Below are positions 9,894-20,780 of a stretch of DNA of 64,000 nucleotides, in pieces. The stretch lies in assembly GCA_963666285.1 (NCBI GenBank), contig OY762711.1; one strand, given 5' to 3'. The number at the start of each line of letters is the position of its first letter. The first letter of the stretch is position 1. Under the pieces are notes generated by a model. The model searched no databases, was not told where the DNA came from, and saw nothing but the letters and a program-made list of their open reading frames with translations. The translations under genes were made by a program, and so were the position numbers. The stretch is from Sedimentisphaerales bacterium (lineage in GTDB: Bacteria; Planctomycetota; Phycisphaerae; Sedimentisphaerales; SM23-30).

Positions 9894-11022
9894 CATTCTG
9901 TGCATCTCCTGCCATTATCCTGGATGGCAAATAGGGGGCTGTTGGAATTGAACTTTCAATATTATCGAGCATTTCGCTTATAATCTTGCCTGTGGCAATA
10001 GAGGTTGTAATGCCAAAACCTTCGTGGCCAGTAGCTGCCCATATTTTGTCTTCTCCGGGACAGGGGCCAATATATGGTGTTTTGTCTGGAGTAGCCGGTC
10101 TGAATCCAGCCCATGTTCTTATCGCCTGGAGATCTTTTAATTTTGGCATATATTCAAAGCATCTGTTAAGCATTTGACCAAGAATATCAAAATTAACATC
10201 CTTGCTGTAATTATCAAATTGCCGTGATGAGCCAATGATTATTTTACCATTTGCGCAAGGATGAAGATTAAAAGCAACCGATTCCTTTGCGGCAGAATGA
10301 GCGCTCTTGAGATATCCAAGCTCTATAATTTGATGATTAATCATACCAGGGTAACGATTAGTGACGACAAGATGTCCCTTACGTTTAATGACCGGAAGAT
10401 CGGTAATTAAATCTGAAGAATTGTAGCCAGCAGCTATTATGATAGTGTCAGCATGAATTTTAGAACCGTCTTTTAGGGTAACGGATCCATCTGATGTTGT
10501 ATTTATTACTTCTGTATATTGACGGATTTCAGCCCCATACGACTCAGCCAGCTTGGAAAATAGCTTTGCCGCTGCAGGTGGGTAAAGAACAGCATCGTCT
10601 GGAACCAATAATCCTCCTAAAAAACCAGGTTTCAAATTTGGTTCGGTTTCTGTGATAGATTTCTGGTCAAGTATCTCAACATTTACACCTCTACTATTGT
10701 AATATGTGAATCTATCCTTGACGGCATCCATTTCTTCCTGGTCGGCAGCTACCCACAGTGTACCGCAGCGGTTCCATTCGATTTTTTCAGTGTTTGTCTC
10801 TGCAAATTCTGTCCAAAGGTCGCGAGAATATCGGCAAAGTTGAAATTGGGATTCTGAATCATCAAGTACAACGATGTGTCCCATGCCTGATGCAGTAGTT
10901 CCTCCGCCAATCATTTGACGTTCAAGCAGTAAGGTTTTTCGGCCACATTCGGCGATATATTTCGCACAGCAGCATCCGACAATTCCGCCGCCAATTATGA
11001 TTACGTCATAAGTGGAATTCAA
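9889..11022 (-). CDS. DAO-family FAD oxidoreductase, D-hydroxyproline dehydrogenase catalytic subunit (LhpB-like)
   Basis: GGGIVG, GTTASGMGH, WAGFRPATPD, GHEGFGITTS. Confidence 0.8.
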   Translation of the reverse strand: MNSTYDVIIIGGGIVGCCCAKYIAECGRKTLLLERQMIGGGTTASGMGHIVVLDDSESQFQLCRYSRDLWTEFAETNTEKIEWNRCGTLWVAADQEEMDAVKDRFTYYNSRGVNVEILDQKSITETEPNLKPGFLGGLLVPDDAVLYPPAAAKLFSKLAESYGAEIRQYTEVINTTSDGSVTLKDGSKIHADTIIIAAGYNSSDLITDLPVIKRKGHLVVTNRYPGMINHQIIELGYLKSAHSAAKESVAFNLHPCANGKIIIGSSRQFDNYSKDVNFDILGQMLNRCFEYMPKLKDLQAIRTWAGFRPATPDKTPYIGPCPGEDKIWAATGHEGFGITTSIATGKIISEMLDNIESSIPTAPYLPSRIMAGDAQNG

Positions 11023-12008
11023 TGCTTAATCCCCCAGCAGAAAGGATCTGTTGTGTCGATAAGCAATCTTGATTCAGCATTAATGTACGCATTACCAGAT
11101 ATAATAGGGATAACTTTATCGCCATCCCATTTATATCTGGCTTCGAATCGGCTGCCAATAATACTTTCCTGTATCCATATTGATTCCTCAGCTAACAGAC
11201 CTTCAGCAGCCAGGCAGGCAATTCTGGCGCTGGTTCCAGTGCCGCAGGGAGATCTGTCGTATGCTTTTCCCGGACATAAGACAAAGTTGCGGCTATTGGC
11301 AAGGCTGGAACTTGAAGGACCGCAAAGTTCTATATGATCGACCTCAGGATAGCCTTGCTCATTTACACTTTTTCTAAGTTTCCAGGCGAAATCAATCAAT
11401 AATTCAACATTATCCTGCTCCAGGCGCATATTGTGATCTTCGCATAAATAAAACCAGTTTCCTCCCCACGCTATATCTCCATGGAAGGTTCCGGTGTCGT
11501 CTATTTTAACAGGGACATTCATGTGTTTACGGTAGCTCGGCACATTTTTGACAGAAACTTTATTGTCGCAAAGGGTTACTGTGACTTTACCTACCGGGGT
11601 GTCCAGGATGTGTTCGCCTGTTGTGATCTTGCCCATATAATGCAGTGTTTTTACAAGACCAATAGTACCGTGTCCACACATTCCAAGGTATCCTACATTA
11701 TTGAAAAATATCACCCCGCCAATAGTTGTGTCATCATCAGGTTCAATGTATAGAGCTCCAACATATACATCAGATCCGCGAGGTTCATTTACGATTGCAG
11801 ATCGGAAATGGTCATAGTTAGCTTTAAAACGATCTAGTTTTTCCACTAATGTTCCATTGCCAAGATCAGGTCCTCCATGAATTACGACTCTGGTTGGCTC
11901 ACCTTCAGTGTGGGAGTCAATGACGACGATTTCGTTGGAATTGTTTTGCGGCGAACCGGAAATAAAACTATACCCATTTATATTTTTCTGTTTTGTCTGA
12001 TGCATCAT
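11019..12008 (-). CDS. 4-hydroxyproline 2-epimerase (proline racemase family)
   Basis: DSHTEGEPTR, EPRG, both catalytic Cys motifs (GMCGHG and DRSPCGTGT). Confidence 0.9.
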   Translation of the reverse strand: MMHQTKQKNINGYSFISGSPQNNSNEIVVIDSHTEGEPTRVVIHGGPDLGNGTLVEKLDRFKANYDHFRSAIVNEPRGSDVYVGALYIEPDDDTTIGGVIFFNNVGYLGMCGHGTIGLVKTLHYMGKITTGEHILDTPVGKVTVTLCDNKVSVKNVPSYRKHMNVPVKIDDTGTFHGDIAWGGNWFYLCEDHNMRLEQDNVELLIDFAWKLRKSVNEQGYPEVDHIELCGPSSSSLANSRNFVLCPGKAYDRSPCGTGTSARIACLAAEGLLAEESIWIQESIIGSRFEARYKWDGDKVIPIISGNAYINAESRLLIDTTDPFCWGIKH

Positions 12009-12361
12009 TTTGGAACTCTTAAAAAAATAATATGCCGATAATGCTATTTTGCATCAATATTTATTTCATTTCTTATACCAAGCTTATATATGTATTTTAC
12101 TACTTAAACAAAGGTGGAATCTAGAAGGTTTATAAAGAAAGGACTATAGTATTATTCTAAAATAATAAGTTTTTATTATAGAGCTTAGTTTATCGGTAAC
12201 AAACTTAACTCATATGCTCGATCCTGCAATATTTTGACATCGTTCAGTGTGTGCAGTTTCGAGAGTTTTAGCTTGGGAATGTTACAATTGATTTTGGCGA
12301 TGGACTTGAGTTCTGACTTGAGATTTGGCCAAAAGAATTCAACTGATAGATTTAAGAGAAG

Positions 12362-12397
12362 TTAAAAAAAACGGCACAGATTAAAATCTGTGCCGTT
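12362..12397 (-). terminator. Rho-independent terminator of the LamG/CotH gene
   Basis: AACGGCACAGATT-AA-AATCTGTGCCGTT stem followed by a T-run on the minus strand. Confidence 0.8.
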
Positions 12398-12415
12398 GGT
12401 TGTTTTTATAGGGTT

Positions 12416-15400
12416 TTATTGTACACCCGGAGTTGGTTCAGCAGCATGCCAGTTGCCTGGGTCATTAGTATAGTTATTACCGGCTTCGGTTGGCCGTAAA
12501 TGTGTCAGGCTATTGCCGGTACCATCAGCCTGGAATGTCCAAGGCAGGCGGTCATCGTAATTAACCCTATCGGTACGGATATAGTACCTGTCTTTGCCGT
12601 AATCCTTATCGCCTGGAATTGCAATTTCCAGTTTCTCACCGTCATTTGACAACCCACCCGTATCCCACTGATATATTGTAGTGTTTTGCGGGACATTGGT
12701 ATAGTGAGCATTGAATGAGTTCAGGTCTTTAACCAGTAAAATAGACTGGTTAGGCATTAATACCAAATCATCCGGGAATTCAAATTCAATACCCTCTGTA
12801 AATTTCCATGGGATCAGCTCATTTGTTGACTGGGTATTATTTTCATCCAGATAAGTCGTTGCATAGGTGGCAGTAAGTACCGGGTTGCTTGAAATATTTG
12901 TTAACTCTATATATTCCAGATTCTGGTCGTCATCTGCCGGGTTGTACATGATTTCGGTAATAATGACCGGGCCTACTTTTGGATAAGCATTTTCGGCATT
13001 TGGAGTTTGAGCTGATTGCGGAACAAAATTCCAGGATCCATTTGATTTCTGATAGCGGCCGAAAGAGACATTAGATTCAGCGGCGTCGAATGATTCACTT
13101 TCTAAATAGCCAGTAAGTTCTTCTCCGGATGCAGATTGCAGATATAGAGTTTCGCCACCTTCACTCAAGGCAAATGCTATTCTGCATTGTGAGTCTGAAG
13201 TATTATTGAAGCTAGTCTCTTCAACTACAAAATAAGGATTTGCCGGGGTGAGAATAGTGTTAGCAGGAATTTGATATTTTTTGATCTCAGATTCTGAATC
13301 GTTGCTGTCGGACAGGAACCATCCGCTAATGTCAATTTCCAGGTCTGTGGTATTTTTTAATTCGATCCAATCTGGCAGCTCTGCATGTGAATGGGATAGG
13401 ATTTCGTTGATAACGATACTGCCTGGAGCAGGAACCTGTTCCTGTGCAGTTTCAGCTCGTCCAGGAGTACCTCCAATTATAGAGCTCGGTCTCCAGGCTG
13501 ATTTGCTATTCCAAGGATTTACCTGGCTGAGTGTCATTACCTCTTCGTTAGTTAAAGCTGCATTATAGAATCTGACTTCATCCATCCATCCATCAAAATT
13601 AGAAACAGTATCGTCACTGGAATAACCGAGCCAGTTGTTGGTTAATGTGTTAAGATCGGCAGGAGATAAACTGAAAGAGTCACTTTGTCCGATAATAAGC
13701 CCATCTTCATAGATAGTACATATAGAGCCATTTTTAGTGATGGCAAGGTGCGTCCAGTCACCAATATTTGTCTTAGATAATGATGTGAGTGAAACGGTCT
13801 GATACGGGTCTTTGATTGTGATATTATAGTAGCCATCCAGGTTAGCTGTAATAGTAATAGATTGATTGCTATTAGAACAATCCAGGATGCGAGCTGATTT
13901 GAATTTGTAAGGCAGCTTAATCCAGCATGAGAATGTGAAGTCACTAAGTTGTGATACTGTATCTTGTGGTAAGGATATATAATCATTAAAACCATCCAAT
14001 CTCAAACAGTTCTGAATAATACCGTTAGTTCGTGTTTTTGGAGTACTATTCATTAATTGAGCAAGTTGAGAGTAAGCAGAATTTACCAAGTAATTGGTTT
14101 TAAGTCCATCAAACCTGTAATCTGCGGTCAAACTATTATTTACTTCGGTTTCATAGTCATCTGTCAAGGTAAGCGAAAATCCTTTACCATCTGTTATGTC
14201 ATGCCATTGATCATCATAATCAATTTCTTGTATTTTTATATCATTAATATCTCTAACGGTGATCATTTCGCCAGAATTATCAAGCCTTCCAGTATATTGA
14301 CCAATGATTGGTCTGTTATTACCGTACTTATTGGTGAAAGTTTGAGTGTCTGCTACAACTAGAGCATATTGGCCAGGAGCTAAAGTAGTATCTGGGAATA
14401 CAAAATCAACACCATTGTTGATAGTGCAATTTGAAAGGTTAATAGTGGAATCACAAATATTGGTAAATTCGATGAATTCTTCGTTTGGATCAGAATAAGG
14501 GTTGAACATAATTTCTGATATTCGAAGACCTTCGTGTATTTTGCCAATTAGGAATGTTGCTTCCTTTAGGCTACTCCATGTGCCATTGTTAAGTGTTCTT
14601 GCCTTAATTGTTCCTGATTTGTCTACAGTTATAGGAGATGTGTATTCAATTGCTGAAGGCGATATAGAGTTGTTAGTATAGACGCCTCCCTCAAGTTCAG
14701 CTGAGATAACGAAGTCGGTGCTGTTTATAGATGTATTTATGCCATGTATAGCAAGAATATTTGTCCCCAATTTAAGTTTATCTAAATGGTTAGAAATAGA
14801 AAAAGATGTCATGCCTGTATTTTCGTGGCTGCTGGCTGTGCTGTTCCATGAAGGTGTTGTACTAATGCCTGCCTGTGCAACTTGCTGGCCATTGATATAA
14901 GCGACAAAGCCGTCATCGTATCGTATATTTAATGTCAGGAAATTCCATTGGTTATAGTTTGATTCTGTTATTTCGAATGGGATGCGAATATATATGCATG
15001 TATTAACTCCCCGCATTTCGTCAAGTACATCATAGCTGATATATGGCTTATTTGAAGTGGAGCTATTAATATCTACCTCATATCCCACACCACCGGTTTT
15101 ATCATTTATTACAGGAAGGCCATCAGTCCATTCAGAGTCATTATAAGGTTCATTTGCAGGCAGTCCCCGCCAGGACGTTCCGATATTATAGGTTGGTACA
15201 AGTATTTTTTTTGCAGCATTTTCAGGAACAAGTATGAAAGAGATATTTTTTTTAGTTTCTGATAGACGAGGGTCTTCTTCATTAAGCGTGTAATAAATTG
15301 TGCCAGACTGTCCAGTGTAGTTTTCAAGTGCTATATCAATTGGATACGTTCTTTTAGTTATATGAGTATTTTCACCGTCCAGGTATATTAAAGGGCCCTG

Positions 15401-18337
15401 AAAGGTAAATAATCCTTCGCTAATACACTGATTAAGGAATATGTTTTCACGGGATGGAATGAAACTGGTTGGTATATACTGGTTAACGTTGGTAATAACG
15501 CCGCTGACTTCATGAGCCAGCTCATTAAATATTTCTGTTAATGCAGTTTTCTGCATCCATCCATTAGCTTCAAAAAAGTGTTTCTGAATACGGTCACCGA
15601 ACAGTTGTTTGAAGTCAGGATTGGTTTTTAAGCCACGGTATAGTTTGGCAAGGTCATGGCTGCCAGTATTTAATCCATTTCCCACGGTGAAACAATTTCT
15701 TGAGACAGTGTTATCCATACCACCTTCACCGTCCCAGATGAAGAAGTGCCATTTTGGACTATCGCTTCGCTCGGAAGCGGCAGTCCAGTTATTCTGCGGC
15801 CAGTCCCAGTTTCCGCTCCAACATTGAATAATGAGGTAGTCAATGAATGAAACCAGGTCGATTTGTTCAGAGGCGGTCAGGTAATCAGTTGGGTTTGTAA
15901 GGTCATTGTTTGTGACAAAATCAATATAATTTTTGAAGGCTACTGTGTCACCATCTCTTGCTTCGAGGACATTGTCAGGCTGTACCCAGCCAACGACATC
16001 CCATGGCAGGTCGCTATCGAACATCTCTTGGCAGAAGTCTTCATTTAATCTTTCGCAAGGGTTGAAATATCCTTTATAAACACCATTTATATAAAGATTT
16101 GCAAAGGTTCCTCTTGAAGCTGGATGTCCCATATAATATTGTAGTCTTCTTAGCATTTCATCGCGAACAAATGGGTTACTAATATCATTATGGCCGGCAC
16201 GAATAACAAGAGCATCAATTTTATCAGCTTCAGGAAACTTTTCTAAAACAGGCTCTTCAAGATTATTGTTACCATATGAACTTCGGAAATACAGGCGTTG
16301 GCTGATCTTCCCGGTGCCATACCATATTCCAGAGCTAGGGGTAGTGTATCTAGGCCTCATCCATGCACTTCCGTGGACACGCAGGCCGCAATCCTCATGG
16401 AAACTCTCATCATATTTATTACTTATCCATTCGAAAGAAACAGGTCTTTCATAGTCCATGCCGTGCATAAGCATATTGTTATAGTCAGAAGAATTTACCG
16501 GATACCATATGTCGTTAGACCAAGAGCCGCCGCTTATTGCCATTACGCCGTTTGGATTGTAAAACACCTCTCCGGCTTCGCCATTAAGAGAGATGGCAGG
16601 AAGTCCTCTAGCAGCTGTGGTTTTGTTGAAAAGATATGAATTTGAAGCGATAGGGCTACTCTTGTGTCCTATTTTTTCTACAATAGCTCGTATGCATGTT
16701 CCGGTCAAACTGTTGCTTGTTATTGGTATGGGTTCTATGTATGTGTATCCATTTCTGCTGGTAGGGTCGCTGCCGTCAGTAGTGTATCGAATAACGGCAT
16801 CTTCGATGTCGGTGGATAATTCCAGTACAAACGAATCATTGTAAAAACCTCTTTTATGACTGAATTTTGGTTTTTTAAGTTCGGAGAGATAGCCAGGTTT
16901 GTTATCAAATCCTGGAGTTGGTAAAGCAAAGTAACTGTTAATATCGTCAAAGACACCATAGGAAATATTTTCTTCCTGCTTGGGGTAGCCCCAGAAATTA
17001 TCATTATCGTAATAAGTTTGTTTATATTCATGAACAACTTCACCAGCGGGACTAAATAATCCAAGATATTCTCCGTCTTTTGCTAGCGAAAAGTTTGTGT
17101 GTAAATAACCGGAAGAGTCGACAAATGGATAATTGCTGGGATGGTCGTCCTCTTCTTTTTTAGAAGCAAATACAAGGAGGTTGCCATGGGGTTCAATTGT
17201 AGTGTTTGGCGGAAAAGCCCACTTGCTTTTTTTACTTTCTTTATCTGTAAGAGTCCAATTGCCGATATTAAAATTATAATTGGTATTATTATGTAATTCG
17301 ATCCAGTCTGATGCTTCTCCAAGTCCGTCCAATATATGGCCGTTAATAGTATCGGGAGGATTTTCGCTATCATTATCTGCCATAAATTCACTGATAATTA
17401 CGGGACTAATTTCAAGATTCCATGTTTTAGCTAGATAGGAAAAGTCTGAATTGTCGATAATTGGATTGTTATTTCTATTTATACTACTAGTGTTGGAATG
17501 ACCATATTTGTAAATACTAAATATTTCCCAACTGCTTAGTTCTCGATTATATATACGTATATCATCGATGCAGCCATTATGGTGATATTTTGGAGTTTGA
17601 ATATTATCAGCCTGGTTAATGTCAGTGGCTCCAATTAATATGCTTTCGTTTAAGGAAGTGTTAATTTCTAAATCAAGTTCATTTGCATTTGTGTATATTT
17701 CAAATCCGTCAACAAACATTTTAACCTGATTTATATTATTGGCACCATCAGGCAGGACAATAGCAATATGATGCCATTGATCATCATGTAAATTATTGCC
17801 TCCTATCAATCTGGCGTTATAAATCCCTAACGCAAGCTGTCCTGTAATCTCGTCGATCATAATTATCCATTTTTTGCCAGCATCAGCTATGCCCCATGAC
17901 AAAATAGTATCCAGGCTTGTCTGTTCTTCCTTGTTCGTAATGAATGCGGTGATTGTTCTAGGTTCATGACCACCAATTCCTGATATATTTTCTGCAATAA
18001 TGTAATCGTCAATACCGTCAAAGTATAGTGCTCCACTTATTATGCCGCTTTCAGGTCGCCATTCAGGTTCTCCGTAAATGGTGTTTTGGGAACCAGAAAC
18101 AGATTCCAGGAGAGTCTCGCCGCCGGTTTCATCAAATTTCCAATAGGCGACAAGGCCGTCCTCTTCAATGTTTTCAGTCGTAAGCCACTGAAATGTAAGG
18201 ATTTGCAGATCAGCGATATCGACAATGCAATCGCCTGTTAGATCGCCAGAAAGATGGTTTGCCGCAAAAGATGCAGATGTTGATATTAGTAATATCAGAA
18301 ATAAAATATGTGCGGGTATGTATCTACACATTTTCAA
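12416..18337 (-). CDS. Large secreted protein: signal peptide, dockerin-like repeats, LamG x2, lamin-tail domains, FN3-associated domain, CotH kinase-like domain
   Basis: Signal peptide; GDLTGDCIVDIADL; DDQWHHIAI...IDDIRIYNRELS; IISEFMADN/ISEIMFNP/INEILSH repeats; IRYTTDGSDP; GNWDWPQNNW...WDGE. Confidence 0.85.
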   Translation of the reverse strand: MKMCRYIPAHILFLILLISTSASFAANHLSGDLTGDCIVDIADLQILTFQWLTTENIEEDGLVAYWKFDETGGETLLESVSGSQNTIYGEPEWRPESGIISGALYFDGIDDYIIAENISGIGGHEPRTITAFITNKEEQTSLDTILSWGIADAGKKWIIMIDEITGQLALGIYNARLIGGNNLHDDQWHHIAIVLPDGANNINQVKMFVDGFEIYTNANELDLEINTSLNESILIGATDINQADNIQTPKYHHNGCIDDIRIYNRELSSWEIFSIYKYGHSNTSSINRNNNPIIDNSDFSYLAKTWNLEISPVIISEFMADNDSENPPDTINGHILDGLGEASDWIELHNNTNYNFNIGNWTLTDKESKKSKWAFPPNTTIEPHGNLLVFASKKEEDDHPSNYPFVDSSGYLHTNFSLAKDGEYLGLFSPAGEVVHEYKQTYYDNDNFWGYPKQEENISYGVFDDINSYFALPTPGFDNKPGYLSELKKPKFSHKRGFYNDSFVLELSTDIEDAVIRYTTDGSDPTSRNGYTYIEPIPITSNSLTGTCIRAIVEKIGHKSSPIASNSYLFNKTTAARGLPAISLNGEAGEVFYNPNGVMAISGGSWSNDIWYPVNSSDYNNMLMHGMDYERPVSFEWISNKYDESFHEDCGLRVHGSAWMRPRYTTPSSGIWYGTGKISQRLYFRSSYGNNNLEEPVLEKFPEADKIDALVIRAGHNDISNPFVRDEMLRRLQYYMGHPASRGTFANLYINGVYKGYFNPCERLNEDFCQEMFDSDLPWDVVGWVQPDNVLEARDGDTVAFKNYIDFVTNNDLTNPTDYLTASEQIDLVSFIDYLIIQCWSGNWDWPQNNWTAASERSDSPKWHFFIWDGEGGMDNTVSRNCFTVGNGLNTGSHDLAKLYRGLKTNPDFKQLFGDRIQKHFFEANGWMQKTALTEIFNELAHEVSGVITNVNQYIPTSFIPSRENIFLNQCISEGLFTFQGPLIYLDGENTHITKRTYPIDIALENYTGQSGTIYYTLNEEDPRLSETKKNISFILVPENAAKKILVPTYNIGTSWRGLPANEPYNDSEWTDGLPVINDKTGGVGYEVDINSSTSNKPYISYDVLDEMRGVNTCIYIRIPFEITESNYNQWNFLTLNIRYDDGFVAYINGQQVAQAGISTTPSWNSTASSHENTGMTSFSISNHLDKLKLGTNILAIHGINTSINSTDFVISAELEGGVYTNNSISPSAIEYTSPITVDKSGTIKARTLNNGTWSSLKEATFLIGKIHEGLRISEIMFNPYSDPNEEFIEFTNICDSTINLSNCTINNGVDFVFPDTTLAPGQYALVVADTQTFTNKYGNNRPIIGQYTGRLDNSGEMITVRDINDIKIQEIDYDDQWHDITDGKGFSLTLTDDYETEVNNSLTADYRFDGLKTNYLVNSAYSQLAQLMNSTPKTRTNGIIQNCLRLDGFNDYISLPQDTVSQLSDFTFSCWIKLPYKFKSARILDCSNSNQSITITANLDGYYNITIKDPYQTVSLTSLSKTNIGDWTHLAITKNGSICTIYEDGLIIGQSDSFSLSPADLNTLTNNWLGYSSDDTVSNFDGWMDEVRFYNAALTNEEVMTLSQVNPWNSKSAWRPSSIIGGTPGRAETAQEQVPAPGSIVINEILSHSHAELPDWIELKNTTDLEIDISGWFLSDSNDSESEIKKYQIPANTILTPANPYFVVEETSFNNTSDSQCRIAFALSEGGETLYLQSASGEELTGYLESESFDAAESNVSFGRYQKSNGSWNFVPQSAQTPNAENAYPKVGPVIITEIMYNPADDDQNLEYIELTNISSNPVLTATYATTYLDENNTQSTNELIPWKFTEGIEFEFPDDLVLMPNQSILLVKDLNSFNAHYTNVPQNTTIYQWDTGGLSNDGEKLEIAIPGDKDYGKDRYYIRTDRVNYDDRLPWTFQADGTGNSLTHLRPTEAGNNYTNDPGNWHAAEPTPGVQ

Positions 18338-18899
18338 CTATTCTCCTATGTTTTTGTGGTGGTTTCTGGCAGGAATCTTCAGAATCATTAATTTATGATA
18401 TTGTGAAACCATAATTACTTACTTTTTTTCAGATTAACTTAATTCAAGTATAGTAAATTAGAGGTGGTGAAACAATTGATATATGTGTTTTTTAAGATAT
18501 TTATGTTATTTTTATGTTATTTTTCTGTGTTTTGGGTTTATCAAAAGGCAAGAATGGTAATTGAGGTAAATTATTATAAAATTATACTAAAATTAGGAAA
18601 TACTGCACTATTATCCAGTTTTTTGTTTGTCAATAGCGGCTCATTTCATTATTGTGTAATATAAGCTGGTTGAGAGAGAAAAAGTGTGTTGTTGGATATG
18701 TTAATATTTTTCAGGTAGTTACATGGTTTTCACTGCAAGAAAATATTAAATAAAATTGTGTTTTATATGTGGAATTTGTGTAGTATAGTATAACTTTTAT
18801 TGATTTAGCTCAATAAAATTACTTGAAATAAAACCATGAATTGTGGAAAATTAATAGCCTAGAGGGCTGAATAGGAGATTCAATTCAGGAGTATGTGTA

Positions 18900-20000
18900 A
18901 TGCCATTATTTGATGTAAAGCAAAAAGAACAATGCAAATACGATATTCTTTCACTTGGAGAGATTATGCTCAGGCTGGATCCAGGTGAAGGTCGCATTCG
19001 TACAACCAGGTCATTTAGAGCCTGGGAAGGCGGAGGTGAGTATAATGTAGCTCGTGGACTGCGTCGCTGTTTCAAACAACGCGCGGCAGTCGTTACGGCG
19101 TTTGCAAAAAATGAAATTGGTTTGCTTCTGGAAGATCTCATTCTACAGGGCGGAGTTGATACATCTTTGATTAAATGGTTTGATTATGATGGTATAGGCA
19201 GGACGATACGTAACGGATTAAACTTTACAGAGCGGGGTTTTGGAATCCGTGGCGCGGTTGGCTGTAGTGATCGCGGATTATCAGCAGCATCTCAGCTCAA
19301 GGCAGGCGATATTGATTGGGATGATATTTTTGGTAATATTGGAGTTAGATGGTTTCATACCGGAGGAATTTATGCCGGGCTGAGCGACACCACTCCGGAG
19401 GTCGTGATTGAAGCTATGAAATCGGCTAAAAAATATGGCACTATTATATCTTATGACTTGAATTACAGACCGTCTTTGTGGAAAGCTGTAGGTGGTCATG
19501 AAAAATGCCAGGAAGTAAATAAAGAGATTGCCAAATACGTAGATGTAATGATAGGAAATGAAGAAGATTTTACAGCCTGTCTGGGTTTGGAGGTTGAAGG
19601 GGTAGATGAACATCTTACAGAACTGGAAACAAGTGCTTTTGAAAAAATGATTAAAAAAGCAACACAGGAATATCCTAATTTCAAGGCAACTGGAACTACG
19701 CTTCGTAGTGTCAGGACTGCAACGATTAACGATTGGGGGGCAATGTGCTGGGCGGGAGGAGAATTCTATACCGCTACGCACAGGCCAAATCTGGAAATAA
19801 TGGATAGAGTTGGCGGAGGTGACAGTTTTGCTTCCGGTTTTATATACGGGCTTATGGAACTTGATGACCCTAAGATGGCGGTTGAATATGGAGCAGCTCA
19901 TGGGGCACTGGCAATGACTACGCCAGGTGACACAACGATGGCAAGCTTGAATGAAGTTGAAAAGCTTGTTGGAGGAGGCGTAGCAAGGGTTGATAGGTAA
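18900..20000 (+). CDS. kdgK: 2-keto-3-deoxygluconate kinase (PfkB family)
   Basis: LGEIMLRL, GGGEYNVA, YDLNYRPSLW, DRVGGGDSF; adjacent to eda and uxaC. Confidence 0.85.
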   Translation: MPLFDVKQKEQCKYDILSLGEIMLRLDPGEGRIRTTRSFRAWEGGGEYNVARGLRRCFKQRAAVVTAFAKNEIGLLLEDLILQGGVDTSLIKWFDYDGIGRTIRNGLNFTERGFGIRGAVGCSDRGLSAASQLKAGDIDWDDIFGNIGVRWFHTGGIYAGLSDTTPEVVIEAMKSAKKYGTIISYDLNYRPSLWKAVGGHEKCQEVNKEIAKYVDVMIGNEEDFTACLGLEVEGVDEHLTELETSAFEKMIKKATQEYPNFKATGTTLRSVRTATINDWGAMCWAGGEFYTATHRPNLEIMDRVGGGDSFASGFIYGLMELDDPKMAVEYGAAHGALAMTTPGDTTMASLNEVEKLVGGGVARVDR

Positions 20001-20109
20001 TATGTGAATGATAATAAATATTTTTCCTAGGTCTGATTTTTATAAATTGGCTTTGTGTCTTAAAAATAAATGATAGCTGAATACTAACTATAAGTTAGGA
20101 ATAAATAAA

Positions 20110-20742
20110 ATGGAAAAACTAAAAAATAAACCGGTTATACCTGTTGTCGTTATCGAAGACGAGGCAGACGCCTGCCCGCTGGCAGAGGCATTTCTTGCAG
20201 GAGGTCTAGATGTTATTGAAATTACTTTTCGAACAGAAGCCGCCTCAGATGCAATAGTTAGTATAAAGAAGAATTTTCCAGAAATGCTTCTTGGTGCCGG
20301 AACTGTTATCTCAATGGACAAGGCTAAAATTGCAGTTGACGCCGGTGTTGATTTTGGGCTGGCACCTGGTTTGAATCCTGAAATAGTGAAGTTTTTCCAG
20401 ACTAATAACACCTTTTTTATTCCTGGTGTTATGACACCTAGTGATATTGAAGGTGCGTTGAGTTTGGAATGTACTTCTCTGAAATTTTTCCCAGCGGAAG
20501 CTGCAGGTGGAGTAAATATGCTCAAGTCGATGGCAGCTCCTTATATTTCAGCTGGTGTTGCATTTTGCCCTACAGGCGGATTGAAACTCGATAATATGAA
20601 TGACTATCTACGTTTACCGTTTGTAAATAATATTGGCGGTTCATGGCTGGCTACAAAGCAGCAGATTGCCGACAAGCAATGGTCTGTTATAACAGGCCAG
20701 GTAAAAGCGGCGTTAAGCAAGGCTTCAGAAATAGAATTATAA
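20110..20742 (+). CDS. eda: KDPG/KHG aldolase
   Basis: IEITFRT, GAGTV, PGVMTPSD, LKFFPAE, PTGG. Confidence 0.92.
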   Translation: MEKLKNKPVIPVVVIEDEADACPLAEAFLAGGLDVIEITFRTEAASDAIVSIKKNFPEMLLGAGTVISMDKAKIAVDAGVDFGLAPGLNPEIVKFFQTNNTFFIPGVMTPSDIEGALSLECTSLKFFPAEAAGGVNMLKSMAAPYISAGVAFCPTGGLKLDNMNDYLRLPFVNNIGGSWLATKQQIADKQWSVITGQVKAALSKASEIEL

Positions 20743-20780
20743 TCAAGTAATTGTGTTGAATAAAGACACAGGAGTTAATA

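Noticed and set aside
8353..11022. Hydrogen cyanide synthase hcnABC or opine oxidase
   Set aside because: Same protein families, but the flanking hydroxyproline epimerase and DapA-like deaminase point to D-hydroxyproline dehydrogenase
19281..19901. Antisense and shadow ORFs (for example 19281..19901, 34690..35250, 53743..54237)
   Set aside because: They lie opposite well-supported genes and show no family motifs
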